Shown here: in pieces, positions 36,534 through 45,224 of the stretch
How positions within the stretch are numbered: position 1 is the stretch's first letter
Layout of the letters: each line of letters begins with the position of its first letter
NCBI GenBank assembly: GCA_037445065.1
Contig: JBBILD010000006.1
Location: forward strand, 32,001 to 96,000
Origin: Myxococcales bacterium
GTDB taxonomy: Bacteria > Desulfobacterota > Binatia > HRBIN30
Reading direction: 5' to 3'
DNA length: 64,000 bases
Translations under genes and position numbers: made by a program
Notes under the pieces: model-generated
Databases searched by the model: none
Told to the model about the DNA's origin: nothing
The model's input: the letters and a program-made list of their open reading frames with translations, nothing else

Positions 36534-37136
36534 GTGCCGCAGGTTCGGCGAGTCGCGGCGGTGGATGCAGCGTACGCACCGGACGGCTCGTCGGCAGTGG
36601 CGGCCGCGGTCGTGTACGACCTCGAGCGAAACGCAGTGCTCGAGAGCTGCTTCTCCACCTCGCCCAGCGTTCGGCCGTATGTGCCCGGGGTGTTTTGGCA
36701 GAGGGAAGGAGAGCTGGCGCTCGACGCGTTGGAGCACGTACAGGAGTGGGTGGACGTGGTTTTCTGCGATGCTCACGGCACCGCCCATCCGCGCCGCTTT
36801 GGCCTCGCATGCTGGCTCGAAGCGCGCCTTTCCTGGCCGGTGGTTGGTTGTGCCAAAAGCCGCCTGGTCGGCTCGCATCGAACGCTCCCGGACGAGGCGG
36901 GTTCCTGGGTGCTGCTCGAGTACAACGGTGAAACGATCGGTGCGGTCGTGCGAACCCGCGCTGGCGTACGGCCGCTGTTCGTGAGTCCGGGTGGGCGCTG
37001 GAGCATCGAGGCCAGCGTGCAGGCCGTGTTGTCTGCGTGCCGCGGTTTTCGCATCCCAGAACCGCTGCGCGCCGCGCACCAGTTCGCCCGGCGCGCGCTC
37101 GATTCGCTGCTTCCGTACGCCCGGCGACAAGAGTAG
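36534..37136 (+). CDS. nfi: Endonuclease V; start uncertain
   Basis: AAVDAAY, PYVPG..QRE, FCDAHGTAHPRRFGLA, GCAKSRL, RPLFVSPG, RIPEPLRAAH. Confidence 0.85.
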   Translation: MPQVRRVAAVDAAYAPDGSSAVAAAVVYDLERNAVLESCFSTSPSVRPYVPGVFWQREGELALDALEHVQEWVDVVFCDAHGTAHPRRFGLACWLEARLSWPVVGCAKSRLVGSHRTLPDEAGSWVLLEYNGETIGAVVRTRAGVRPLFVSPGGRWSIEASVQAVLSACRGFRIPEPLRAAHQFARRALDSLLPYARRQE

Positions 37137-37148
37137 CCTTCCCCTACG

Positions 37149-37922
37149 ATGCATGGCGTGCTTCCCGTTGTGCTTGCGGTGGGGACCCTCCCTCTGCTGC
37201 CGGCATTGCTGTGGGGTCAGGTGCTGGTCGGCGATCGAGTGCCAGCGGCCCCTGGGGCTACGGTGGATTTTTCGCTGCGCTTGCGGAGTGAAGGGCACTC
37301 CGTGAGCGCCTTGCAGTTCGAATTGGTGTTGCAGGAAACGTTTACCGTTGCGGCCGGCTCGGGCGGGCAGCCGGCATGCCGGGTCGATCCAGAGATCGCG
37401 AAGCCGGCAAGCCTTTTTGCTTTTGTTCCTCCCGATTGCGACCCGCACCGAGTGGGCGATTGCCAGGCAGTCCGAGCCTTGGTGTTCGAACTTGGCGAGC
37501 AGCAGCCGATCCCCGACGGAGCACGGGTGGCCACGTGTAGCCTACAGGTGCAGCTTTCGGCTTCGCCCGGGCGTGTCGCGGTGGCGCTTCGCGACGTGGT
37601 GGCCAGCTCCCCCGAGGGCCAGCGCTTGCCGCAGGCACGAACGCTGGACGGAGAGCTGGAGATCGTCGTTGCGCCCTCGCCGACCGCGAGCTTGTCGCCT
37701 TCGCCGCTTCCGAGCCCGACACCGACGCCAACACCGAGTTGCCGAGGCGACTGCAACGGAGATGGGAGTGTGACCATTGACGAACTGTTGCTTCTCGTGC
37801 TGGACGCCCTGAGCGGCAGGGCCGACCGTTGCAGGGCCGGCGACCATGACCGCAGCGGGACCGTCACCATCGAGGAAATCATCCGCGCGATCGGCTCGGC
37901 CTTGGAAGGGTGCCCCGACTGA
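37149..37922 (+). CDS. Secreted protein: cohesin-like beta domain, Pro/Thr linker, dockerin/EF-hand-like C-terminus
   Basis: Signal peptide; beta-rich domain; SPSPLPSPTPTPTP; CRGDCNGDGSVTIDEL...CRAGDHDRSGTVTIEEI. Confidence 0.75.
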   Translation: MHGVLPVVLAVGTLPLLPALLWGQVLVGDRVPAAPGATVDFSLRLRSEGHSVSALQFELVLQETFTVAAGSGGQPACRVDPEIAKPASLFAFVPPDCDPHRVGDCQAVRALVFELGEQQPIPDGARVATCSLQVQLSASPGRVAVALRDVVASSPEGQRLPQARTLDGELEIVVAPSPTASLSPSPLPSPTPTPTPSCRGDCNGDGSVTIDELLLLVLDALSGRADRCRAGDHDRSGTVTIEEIIRAIGSALEGCPD

Positions 37923-37950
37923 CTCTCGGAACGCTTTGTGCCCCGTTGAG

Positions 37951-38931
37951 CTAGGGCAGTAACACGATCGAGCCCGTGGTTCTTCGCTCTCCGAGCAAGC
38001 GGTGCGCTTCGGCCGCGGCCCGTAGCGGCAGGCGCTGCCCAATGCGGATCTGCACAGCCTTGGAGAGCACCACCTCGAACAGTTCTTCCGCGGTCGCCAG
38101 CAACTCCGCTCGTGTGGCTGTGTAGCTCATAAGGGTAGGCCGTGTGAGATACAGAGATCCTCGCTGTGCCAAGTGTTGGATGTCGAAGGGAGGAACGGGA
38201 CCCGACGCGTTGCCAAAGCTCACCATGAGACCGCGCGGGGCCAAGCAGTCGAGCGAGGCAAAAAACGTGGCCTGCCCGACCGAGTCGTAGACCACGGGCA
38301 CGCCCTTACCCCCAGTGATTTCGCGCACGCGTTCCGGCACGCTCTCGCGCGTATACAAGATGACATGATCGCAGCCGTGCTCTCGTGCCAAGCGAGCTTT
38401 CTCCTCCGAACCGACGACTCCGATCACAGTTGCTCCGAGATGCTTGGCCCATTGGCAGGCGATGAGGCCGACTCCACCCGCAGCAGCGTAGAACACGATC
38501 GGGTCACCCGCCTTCACCGCGTACGTGCGCCGCAGCAAGTACTGCGCGGTCATGCCCTTGAGCATCATGGCGGCAGCTTCTTCGTCGCTGATTCCCGCCG
38601 GTAAGCGCACCAGCCGCTCGGCGGGAAAACAGCGCCACTCTGCGTACGCTCCCAGGGGTCCGCCGGCGTAGGCGACTCGGTCTCCGACCGCGACTTCCGT
38701 GACATCCGGCCCCAGGGCCTCCACTACCCCGGCAGCCTCGAGGCCGATCCCGCTCGGCAGCGACGGCACCGGGTACAGCCCGGTACGATGGTAAACGTCA
38801 ATGAAGTTCACCCCGATCGCGGTCTGCCGCAGCAAGACCTCTCCGGGACCGGGCTCACGCACTTCCACGTCTTCTCCGAGCAGAGACTCGGGCCCACCGG
38901 TGCGGTGAATCCGGATGGCAAATGTTTTCAT
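37951..38931 (-). CDS. qor: NADPH:quinone oxidoreductase (zeta-crystallin family)
   Basis: GVNFIDVYHRTGLY, GLEAAG, LKGMTAQYL, AAAGGVG, VYDSVG, FGNASG. Confidence 0.93.
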   Translation of the reverse strand: MKTFAIRIHRTGGPESLLGEDVEVREPGPGEVLLRQTAIGVNFIDVYHRTGLYPVPSLPSGIGLEAAGVVEALGPDVTEVAVGDRVAYAGGPLGAYAEWRCFPAERLVRLPAGISDEEAAAMMLKGMTAQYLLRRTYAVKAGDPIVFYAAAGGVGLIACQWAKHLGATVIGVVGSEEKARLAREHGCDHVILYTRESVPERVREITGGKGVPVVYDSVGQATFFASLDCLAPRGLMVSFGNASGPVPPFDIQHLAQRGSLYLTRPTLMSYTATRAELLATAEELFEVVLSKAVQIRIGQRLPLRAAAEAHRLLGERRTTGSIVLLP

Positions 38932-39155
38932 AACACGCAGAGCCTGCGCGCGAGCCCGCGTGCAGTCAAGGCCGCTCCCGGCGAGGGCAAGAAGGTTTCG
39001 CTTACCGCGGCCATCAGGCGTCCCCCCGGAGCCGTGTGCGGGTGCCAAATATGCCGCCGCTCACTGGCGGCTTCGCTTGTGCGCGCGACACGTGCGGAGT
39101 AGCATGCCGCGTGTGCAGGGGCGCAGCTCTGCGCAAATCACGGGGAGGTGTCGGC

Positions 39156-39356
39156 ATGGCTACCGCTCGAGTCACGGAAATCGTCGCCTCGGCAAAGAGT
39201 ATCGAAGGGGCAATCGAGGAAGGGGTGAAGCGGGCCACCAAGACGTTACGCGGCGTCACCGCGGTGGAGGTGACCCGCATTCAAGCGCGCATCGAGAAGA
39301 ACAAGATCAAGGAATACCGGGTGGCCATGAACCTGACCTTTGTCCTCGACACGTAG
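39156..39356 (+). CDS. Dodecin family protein
   Basis: GGAGG RBS; ARVTEIVAS.KSIEGAIEEGVKRATKTLRG...EYRVAMNLTFVL. Confidence 0.9.
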   Translation: MATARVTEIVASAKSIEGAIEEGVKRATKTLRGVTAVEVTRIQARIEKNKIKEYRVAMNLTFVLDT

Positions 39357-39453
39357 TGCCGCCGCTCTTGGCTCGCTGGCGAGCGAGGGGCCGGCTCGGG
39401 CCTGTCCCCCGGCTCGAGTCGCCGACCCAGCGGCGCGCAAGCGCGCGACTGGC

Positions 39454-40281
39454 TTACTCGCACTTGGCTTCGCGCACGGCTCGTACGAGCCCTTGAGCCA
39501 CGCACCGCGCTAGCCAATCCGCCAGCCGTTCCGCAGCCTCCTGCTCGCCCGATTCTTCGGCGAGTTCGGCACAGAGGACCGCGAACGGCTCGCTGCGTCC
39601 GAGCAGCCGCGCCTCCCAAGCCGGAATCTCAGCGACGAACACGCGTTCTTCCCGCCGCCAAACGCGGAGCGAACAGGGGCGCGCGGCGAGCGACGGCAGC
39701 GGGCCGTCCTCTTGCCCCGACTGCCACAGTTCGTGGACGGGCCACGCTGCGGCAAAGCAGTACAAGGCGGGAATCCAGTCGAGCGTGATCGCGCCCCATC
39801 GTTCTGGCGGGATGGCGAGCAGCGTGTCGGCGCGTGCTGATCCAGCATCGGCAGCATCGAACGCTTCCAAGACCAGCCACTCGAGGCGCGCCAAGTCCGG
39901 GAGAAAGGGCCAGCGCTGTCGAGCCGGGTGAGTGCGTAAGAACGCAGCCAGCCGATTGCCGGCATAGCGCAGAGAGAAATGGTGCGAGGGGTGAGCGAGC
40001 AGGTAATCGGTCACCAGGTTGTGAAAGTGCTCGCGGCCCATTACCGCGCGCACAGTCGGGAAATCATCGGCCAGCGCGTCGTGCAGCCGGTAAAAGTACA
40101 TATTCGCATAGATTTCGAGGCGACTCACAGAGTCGAGCGAAGGAGTGGAACGCGTCCACTCGTAGCATAGGTCGCGCTCCGCTGGGCTGGCCTCGGGCAA
40201 AACGGCCGCCACTCCGGCAGGGGCACGCATCAGCCGGCTAAAGCTGCGCTGCAGTTCGTCGAGGCTTGGCGGTCGGGCCAC
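39454..40281 (-). CDS. DUF2063-family MNIO partner protein (BufC/HvfC-like)
   Basis: ELQRSF, RLEIYANMYFYRL.DAL..DFP, YL..HPS, DLARLEW; downstream of DUF692. Confidence 0.87.
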   Translation of the reverse strand: MARPPSLDELQRSFSRLMRAPAGVAAVLPEASPAERDLCYEWTRSTPSLDSVSRLEIYANMYFYRLHDALADDFPTVRAVMGREHFHNLVTDYLLAHPSHHFSLRYAGNRLAAFLRTHPARQRWPFLPDLARLEWLVLEAFDAADAGSARADTLLAIPPERWGAITLDWIPALYCFAAAWPVHELWQSGQEDGPLPSLAARPCSLRVWRREERVFVAEIPAWEARLLGRSEPFAVLCAELAEESGEQEAAERLADWLARCVAQGLVRAVREAKCE

Positions 40282-41107
40282 CGAGAACCTCCTGTGCGAG
40301 CGTGCGAGCTTGCTTCACTTCGAGAAGGAGCTCAACCAGGGGTGGAATGCGATCGTCCCGCTCGAGCGACACGGAGACCGGGCCGAGTCTCGCCACCGCC
40401 GCTCGGTACAGCTCCCACACCGGAGCTGCCACGTTGTGGTCGTGCGTGTCGTGCAGAAATGTTCCCCGGTCCGAGAACCCCGCCAGGTGCAGTTGTAAGA
40501 CACGTTCCCGTGGAATCCCATCGAGGTACTGGTAGGGGTCGAAGCCGTGGTTGTACGCACTCACGTACACGTTGTTCACGTCGAGCAGGATCTTGCAGTC
40601 CGCTTCCTCTGCCACAGCGCGCAGGAACTCCCATTCGCTCATCGTGGAGTGCGCAAACGCCACGTAGCTCGACACGTTTTCCAGTGCGATCTGCCGCCCG
40701 AGAAAGTCCTGCACCTGCGCGACTCGCTGGCATACATGGCGCAGGCTCTCTTCGGTGTAGGGAAGCGGAAGCAGGTCGTGGAGGTAGACCCCGTCCACGC
40801 TGGACCAGCACAGGTGATCCGAGACCCACGCCGGCTCCACCCACCGCACCAGGTCGCGTACCTGCCGCAGGTAGTCGAAGTCGAGTGGGTCGGTGGAACC
40901 GATGGACAGAGAGACTCCGTGCAGAACCACCGGATAGTGCGAGCGCACCGCTTCGAGCACCCACCGCGGCCGGCCACCGCGGACAAGGAAGTTCTCCGTG
41001 ATCACCTCGAACCAATCAACCGCGGGCCACACGCCGAGAATTTCGGGGTAGTGACGCGGCCTGAGCCCGAGCCCAAAGCCGAGAAACGGACGTTCTCTTC
41101 CGCTCAC
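40238..41107 (-). CDS. DUF692 multinuclear non-heme iron oxidase (BufB/HvfB-like)
   Basis: GLGLRPRHY, FEVITENF, HGVSLSIG, SDHLCW, DLLPLP, LENVSSY, LLDVNNVY, HLAG, DTHD, LERD. Confidence 0.95.
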   Translation of the reverse strand: MSGRERPFLGFGLGLRPRHYPEILGVWPAVDWFEVITENFLVRGGRPRWVLEAVRSHYPVVLHGVSLSIGSTDPLDFDYLRQVRDLVRWVEPAWVSDHLCWSSVDGVYLHDLLPLPYTEESLRHVCQRVAQVQDFLGRQIALENVSSYVAFAHSTMSEWEFLRAVAEEADCKILLDVNNVYVSAYNHGFDPYQYLDGIPRERVLQLHLAGFSDRGTFLHDTHDHNVAAPVWELYRAAVARLGPVSVSLERDDRIPPLVELLLEVKQARTLAQEVLGGPTAKPRRTAAQL

Positions 41108-41156
41108 GCCTGTTACGCCTTGGTCCGCCCGCCGGGCGGCAGGTCAGGAGTGACCT

Positions 41157-41423
41157 TCAGTCTTTGAGGACCTTGCCCCCTTTGGCGGTGCATTCCTCGG
41201 CGCTCAGCTCGATCCAGCCTTTGCCCTTGCACTCGTTTTTCCCGGCGCAGTCGTGCGTGGCGCTCGCACACGCGCCCTTGCCTTTGCACTCGTTGACGCC
41301 CTCGCACTTGACCTTCTTGGCTTCCGCCTTGCCCTTCTCCGTGCCTGCTTGCACCACTTTCCCAGCAAACAGGGCAGCGACCGTAGCGGCGACAGCGAGT
41401 GCCTTCGTGGTCGAGTTCTTCAT
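41157..41423 (-). CDS. Secreted Cys-rich RiPP precursor (bufferin-like)
   Basis: AAGGAG RBS, signal peptide, six Cys with internal repeat CEGVNECKGKG / CAGKNECKGKG; directly upstream of DUF692. Confidence 0.88.
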   Translation of the reverse strand: MKNSTTKALAVAATVAALFAGKVVQAGTEKGKAEAKKVKCEGVNECKGKGACASATHDCAGKNECKGKGWIELSAEECTAKGGKVLKD

Positions 41424-41698
41424 CTTCTTCTCCTTCGCGCTGCACGAACGCGTCCAGTGTTGGACCGTAGCGACCTGAATTGCGCGGTGCCGCCAGCCTT
41501 ACTCCTTCGGCTGCGGGAATGCAACGCGCGCCAAGCGCCCGCGTTCCGCGCGGCCCCGGCCCAGTGCGGAGGCTGCGCACAGGAACACGGCGGCCGCACA
41601 GGCGGGCGGAAGGGCGTGCGCCACGCGCTTGACCTTGCGCGCCACGGCGCTTTCCACGATAGGGAAAAGACCGCTTCGAGAGAGGGAGTTCGGGAGCA

Positions 41699-42223
41699 AT
41701 GAGGAAAGCCCTGGCGTGTTGCATCATGGCCATCCTACACGTGTGGTTCTTGGCTCCGGGCGCGCGGGCTGCGGAGGTCAAAATCGGCTTTGTCGATTTG
41801 CAACGGGCGTTGAACGAATCGAACCGCGGCAAAAAGGCGAAGGAAGAGTTCAAGGCCGAGGTGGAAAAGCTGCAAGCGCAGCTCAAGAAGAAAAAGGATC
41901 AGATCGAAAGCCTGAAGGAGCAGCTCGAAAAAAAGGCTGCGGTGATGAAGGACGAAGAGCGCAGCAACCTTGAGGAGGAGTACCGTAAGAAGCTGCGCGA
42001 CTTCGAGCGCGATTACAAAGATTCGCAGGCGGACTTGCAACGCAAGGATAGTGAACTCACTGGCGCCATCTTGAAAGAGCTGCAGGAGGTGATCCAGGAG
42101 GTCGGCGACCGCGAGGGATACACGATGATTTTCGAGGCTTCTTCGAGCGCCGTCCTGTACGGGGCCAAGGGTGCAGACCTCACCGACCTTATCCTGGAAG
42201 AATACAACCGCAGGAAGCGCTGA
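41699..42223 (+). CDS. skp: OmpH/Skp outer membrane chaperone
   Basis: Signal peptide, KIGFVDLQRAL, coiled coil, DLTD.I. Confidence 0.92.
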   Translation: MRKALACCIMAILHVWFLAPGARAAEVKIGFVDLQRALNESNRGKKAKEEFKAEVEKLQAQLKKKKDQIESLKEQLEKKAAVMKDEERSNLEEEYRKKLRDFERDYKDSQADLQRKDSELTGAILKELQEVIQEVGDREGYTMIFEASSSAVLYGAKGADLTDLILEEYNRRKR

Positions 42224-42229
42224 CCTCTC

Positions 42230-42682
42230 ATGAGCCAGGGCCTCAAGCATAACCAGATCGCCGAGCTGTTGCCGCACCGCTACCCGTTTTGTTTTGTCGA
42301 TCGAGTGGCCATGCTGGAAGCCGGCAAGCGAGTGCTAGCGGTGAAGAACGTGGCGCGGAACGAGCCCTTTTTTCGCGGTCACTTCCCCGATCAACCGCTG
42401 ATGCCCGGGGTGCTGGTGTGCGAGGCGCTGGCGCAAGCGGCGGCACTCCTTGCCCATTACGAGCTGCGCGCCGAGGGCAGCACCCGCGTGGTGGTCTTGA
42501 GCGGCATTGACGAGGCCCGCTTCCGCAGGCCGATCGTGCCGGGAGATTGCATCGAACTCGAGGTCGTGCTGCTGCGCCGCCGCGCACCTCTGTGGAAATT
42601 CCACGGGGTGGCACGAGTCGAGGGCCAAGTGGCCGCTGAGGCGGATTTGTTGTTGAGCGAAACCGAACGCATCCCGGTATGA
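42230..42682 (+). CDS. fabZ: 3-hydroxyacyl-ACP dehydratase
   Basis: LLPHRYPF.FVDRV, KNV..NEPFF.GHFP..P.MPGVL..EALAQ. Confidence 0.95.
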   Translation: MSQGLKHNQIAELLPHRYPFCFVDRVAMLEAGKRVLAVKNVARNEPFFRGHFPDQPLMPGVLVCEALAQAAALLAHYELRAEGSTRVVVLSGIDEARFRRPIVPGDCIELEVVLLRRRAPLWKFHGVARVEGQVAAEADLLLSETERIPV

Positions 42683-43461
42683 GTACGGCGCGCATTCATC
42701 CTACAGCGCTGGTGGAACAAGGGGCGGAACTCGGTGCCGGCGTGGAGGTCGGCCCGTATGCCGTCATCGGCGCGCGCGTGCGCATCGGCGCGCGCAGTCG
42801 CATCGGCGCGCACGCGGTGGTGGTCGGCAACACGGTGATGGGGGAAGACAACCAAGTCTTCCCGTTTGCTTCCATCGGCGCCATTCCGCAGGACCTCAAG
42901 TACCGCGGCGAGGACAGTCGGCTCGAAATCGGCGACCGCAATATCATCCGTGAGTTTGCAACCGTTCACCTCGGGACTGAAGGCGGCGGTATGGTGACGC
43001 GGATTGGCGACGACAACTTGTTGATGAACTACACCCACATTGCCCACGACTGCATTCTCGGCAACCACATCATCGTCGCCAACGGCACGCAGCTCGCCGG
43101 CCACGTGGTCGTCGAGGACTACGCCGTGATCGGGGCCTTGAGTGGGATCCACCAGTTCGTGCGCGTAGGCGAGTCGGCCATCGTCGGTGCCGGTTCGATG
43201 GTGTCGCAAGACGTACCGCCGTTCTGCAACGCCACGGGCGATCGCGCCGTCTTGCACGGCTTGAACCTGGTCGGGCTCAAGCGCCGCAACGTTCCTGCCG
43301 CCACCGTGCAAAACCTCAAGCGCGCCTACCGGCTCCTGTTTCGTGCCGGCCTGACCGTCGCCGAGGCGGCCCAGCGCATCCGCGCCGAAGTGCCGCCGTG
43401 CGAGGAAGTGGAGCGGCTCGTTCGCTTTGTCGAGAATTCCACCCGGGGCGTTTGCCGGTAA
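42679..43461 (+). CDS. lpxA: UDP-N-acetylglucosamine acyltransferase
   Basis: IHPTALV, hexapeptide repeats, PQDLKY, IRE, HIAHDC, LAGHV, HQFVR, GLNLVGL.R. Confidence 0.96.
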   Translation: MSTARIHPTALVEQGAELGAGVEVGPYAVIGARVRIGARSRIGAHAVVVGNTVMGEDNQVFPFASIGAIPQDLKYRGEDSRLEIGDRNIIREFATVHLGTEGGGMVTRIGDDNLLMNYTHIAHDCILGNHIIVANGTQLAGHVVVEDYAVIGALSGIHQFVRVGESAIVGAGSMVSQDVPPFCNATGDRAVLHGLNLVGLKRRNVPAATVQNLKRAYRLLFRAGLTVAEAAQRIRAEVPPCEEVERLVRFVENSTRGVCR

Positions 43462-43497
43462 ACGGAGCCGGCGGGAGGCCGCCGCAGTGAGCGAGAG

Positions 43498-44295
43498 ATG
43501 GAACCGCTGGGGTTGATCGCAGGCAATGGTCGGTTTCCCTTGCTCTTTGCTCGTGCCGCGCGCGCGCAGGGCCGGCCGCTGGTGGCCGTGGCGCACCGCG
43601 GCGAAACCGAACCGCAGCTCGAGGCGTGGGTGGACCGGATCGAGTGGATCGAGGTGGGGCAGCTCGGCCGCATGCTCGAAACCTTTCACGCGGCTGGGGT
43701 GCGCGAAGCCGTGATGGCGGGGGGAATCCGGAAGCAGGCGTTGCTCGAGCACTTCGTACCCGATGCGCGCGGTCTCGAGTTCCTCTCCCGCCTGCAAAGT
43801 TTTGGCGACGATGCGATTTTGCGCGCTCTGGCGCGAGAACTGGAAGCAGAAGGGATTCGCATATTGCCTTCCACCTTGTTTCTCGAAGCACTGCTCACCC
43901 CACAGGGAGCGCTGACCGGCCGCGTACCGAGCGAAGAACACTGGGCCGACATCCGCTTGGGCTTACGCGTGGCCAAGGCGCTCGGTCAGTGGGACATCGG
44001 GCAAACCGTCGTGGTGCGCAGCGGTGTGGTCGTGGCCGTGGAGGCGATCGAGGGAACCGATGCCACCATCGCCCGTGCACCCGGCCGCGGCGCTGTGGTG
44101 GTGAAGGTGAGCAAGCCGCAGCAAGACTTGCGCTTCGACGTCCCCGCGGTCGGCCCGCAGACCGTAGACACGTGTGCGCGTGTCGGGGTGGCGGTGTTGG
44201 CCTTGGAGGCCGGCAGGACCCTGCTGCTCGAGCGCGAAGAGTTCCTCGCCGCTGCCGAACGCGCGGAGCTTGCGGTGGTCGGGGTGGAAGCATGA
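43498..44295 (+). CDS. lpxI: UDP-2,3-diacylglucosamine diphosphatase (DUF1009)
   Basis: GLIAGNGRFP, DDAIL, DIGQTVV, AVEAIEGTD, KPQQDLRFDVP. Confidence 0.92.
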   Translation: MEPLGLIAGNGRFPLLFARAARAQGRPLVAVAHRGETEPQLEAWVDRIEWIEVGQLGRMLETFHAAGVREAVMAGGIRKQALLEHFVPDARGLEFLSRLQSFGDDAILRALARELEAEGIRILPSTLFLEALLTPQGALTGRVPSEEHWADIRLGLRVAKALGQWDIGQTVVVRSGVVVAVEAIEGTDATIARAPGRGAVVVKVSKPQQDLRFDVPAVGPQTVDTCARVGVAVLALEAGRTLLLEREEFLAAAERAELAVVGVEA

Positions 44296-45224
44296 GCGAG
44301 AAGTTGCGCGCTGCGGTCGTGGGCGTGGGCTACCTCGGGCGCTTCCACGCGCAAAAGTACGCGAGCTTGCCGGATGTCGAGCTGTGCGCGGTGGTGGACG
44401 CCGATCTCACTCGCGCTCGCCAAGTCGCTGCGGAAACTGGAGGCGAGCCCCTCGCCGATTATCGCACACTGCTGGCAAGCATTGATTGCGCCAGCTTGGC
44501 CGTGCCTACCCCGCTCCACTTCCCGATCGCGCGCGATTTGCTCGAACACGGGGTGGACGTGCTGGTGGAAAAGCCGCTCACCGCCACTGTGCAGGAAGGG
44601 CGCGAACTCGTGGCTCTGGCCGCTGCGCGCGGGCGCATTCTGCAAGTCGGCCATCTCGAGCGCTTTAATCCCGCCTTGCGCAGCGTGCGCGATTTGCTCG
44701 AGCGACCTCGCTTCGTCGAATGCCATCGGCTCGCCCCGTTTGTCGAGCGCGGCACCGATGTGGACGTCATTCTCGACCTCATGATCCACGACCTTGACGT
44801 GATCCTGAGCTTGGTGGGCGGCGAAGTCGTGCACCTCGAAGCGGTCGGCGTGCCGGTGCTCACGCCGCACGTGGATATCGCCAACGCCCGCATCCGTTTT
44901 TCGAGCGGCTGCATCGCGAACGTTACCGCTAGCCGCGTGGCCTTGAAGCGAGAGCGCAAACTGCGCTTGTTTCAAACCGATATGTACGTGTCGCTGGACT
45001 TCGGCGAACGGCACATCCGCGTGGCGCGCCGCCGCTGGGAGCAAGGGAGTCCCCAGATCGAAGTCGAGGAAATCGCACTGCCCGACGGTGACCCGCTCTT
45101 CGCTGAGATTGACCACTTTGTCCACTGCGTGCGGACACGCCAGCGTCCGCTGGTGGACGGTGCCACCGCGCTTCGTGCCCTGGAGCTGGCGGAACAAATT
45201 CGCTCGCAACTCGAGAGCGTATGA
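44292..45224 (+). CDS. Gfo/Idh/MocA oxidoreductase, GnnA-like UDP-GlcNAc 3-dehydrogenase candidate
   Basis: VVGVGYLG.FH, VEKP, QVGHLERFNP, DVILDLMIHDLD; lies between lpxA/lpxI and lpxB. Confidence 0.85.
   Translation: MSEKLRAAVVGVGYLGRFHAQKYASLPDVELCAVVDADLTRARQVAAETGGEPLADYRTLLASIDCASLAVPTPLHFPIARDLLEHGVDVLVEKPLTATVQEGRELVALAAARGRILQVGHLERFNPALRSVRDLLERPRFVECHRLAPFVERGTDVDVILDLMIHDLDVILSLVGGEVVHLEAVGVPVLTPHVDIANARIRFSSGCIANVTASRVALKRERKLRLFQTDMYVSLDFGERHIRVARRRWEQGSPQIEVEEIALPDGDPLFAEIDHFVHCVRTRQRPLVDGATALRALELAEQIRSQLESV

Noticed and set aside
33657..41500. tRNA-Leu-anchored genomic island or prophage
   Set aside because: No integrase, no duplicated tRNA 3' end noticed, no phage or conjugation genes, no obvious composition shift
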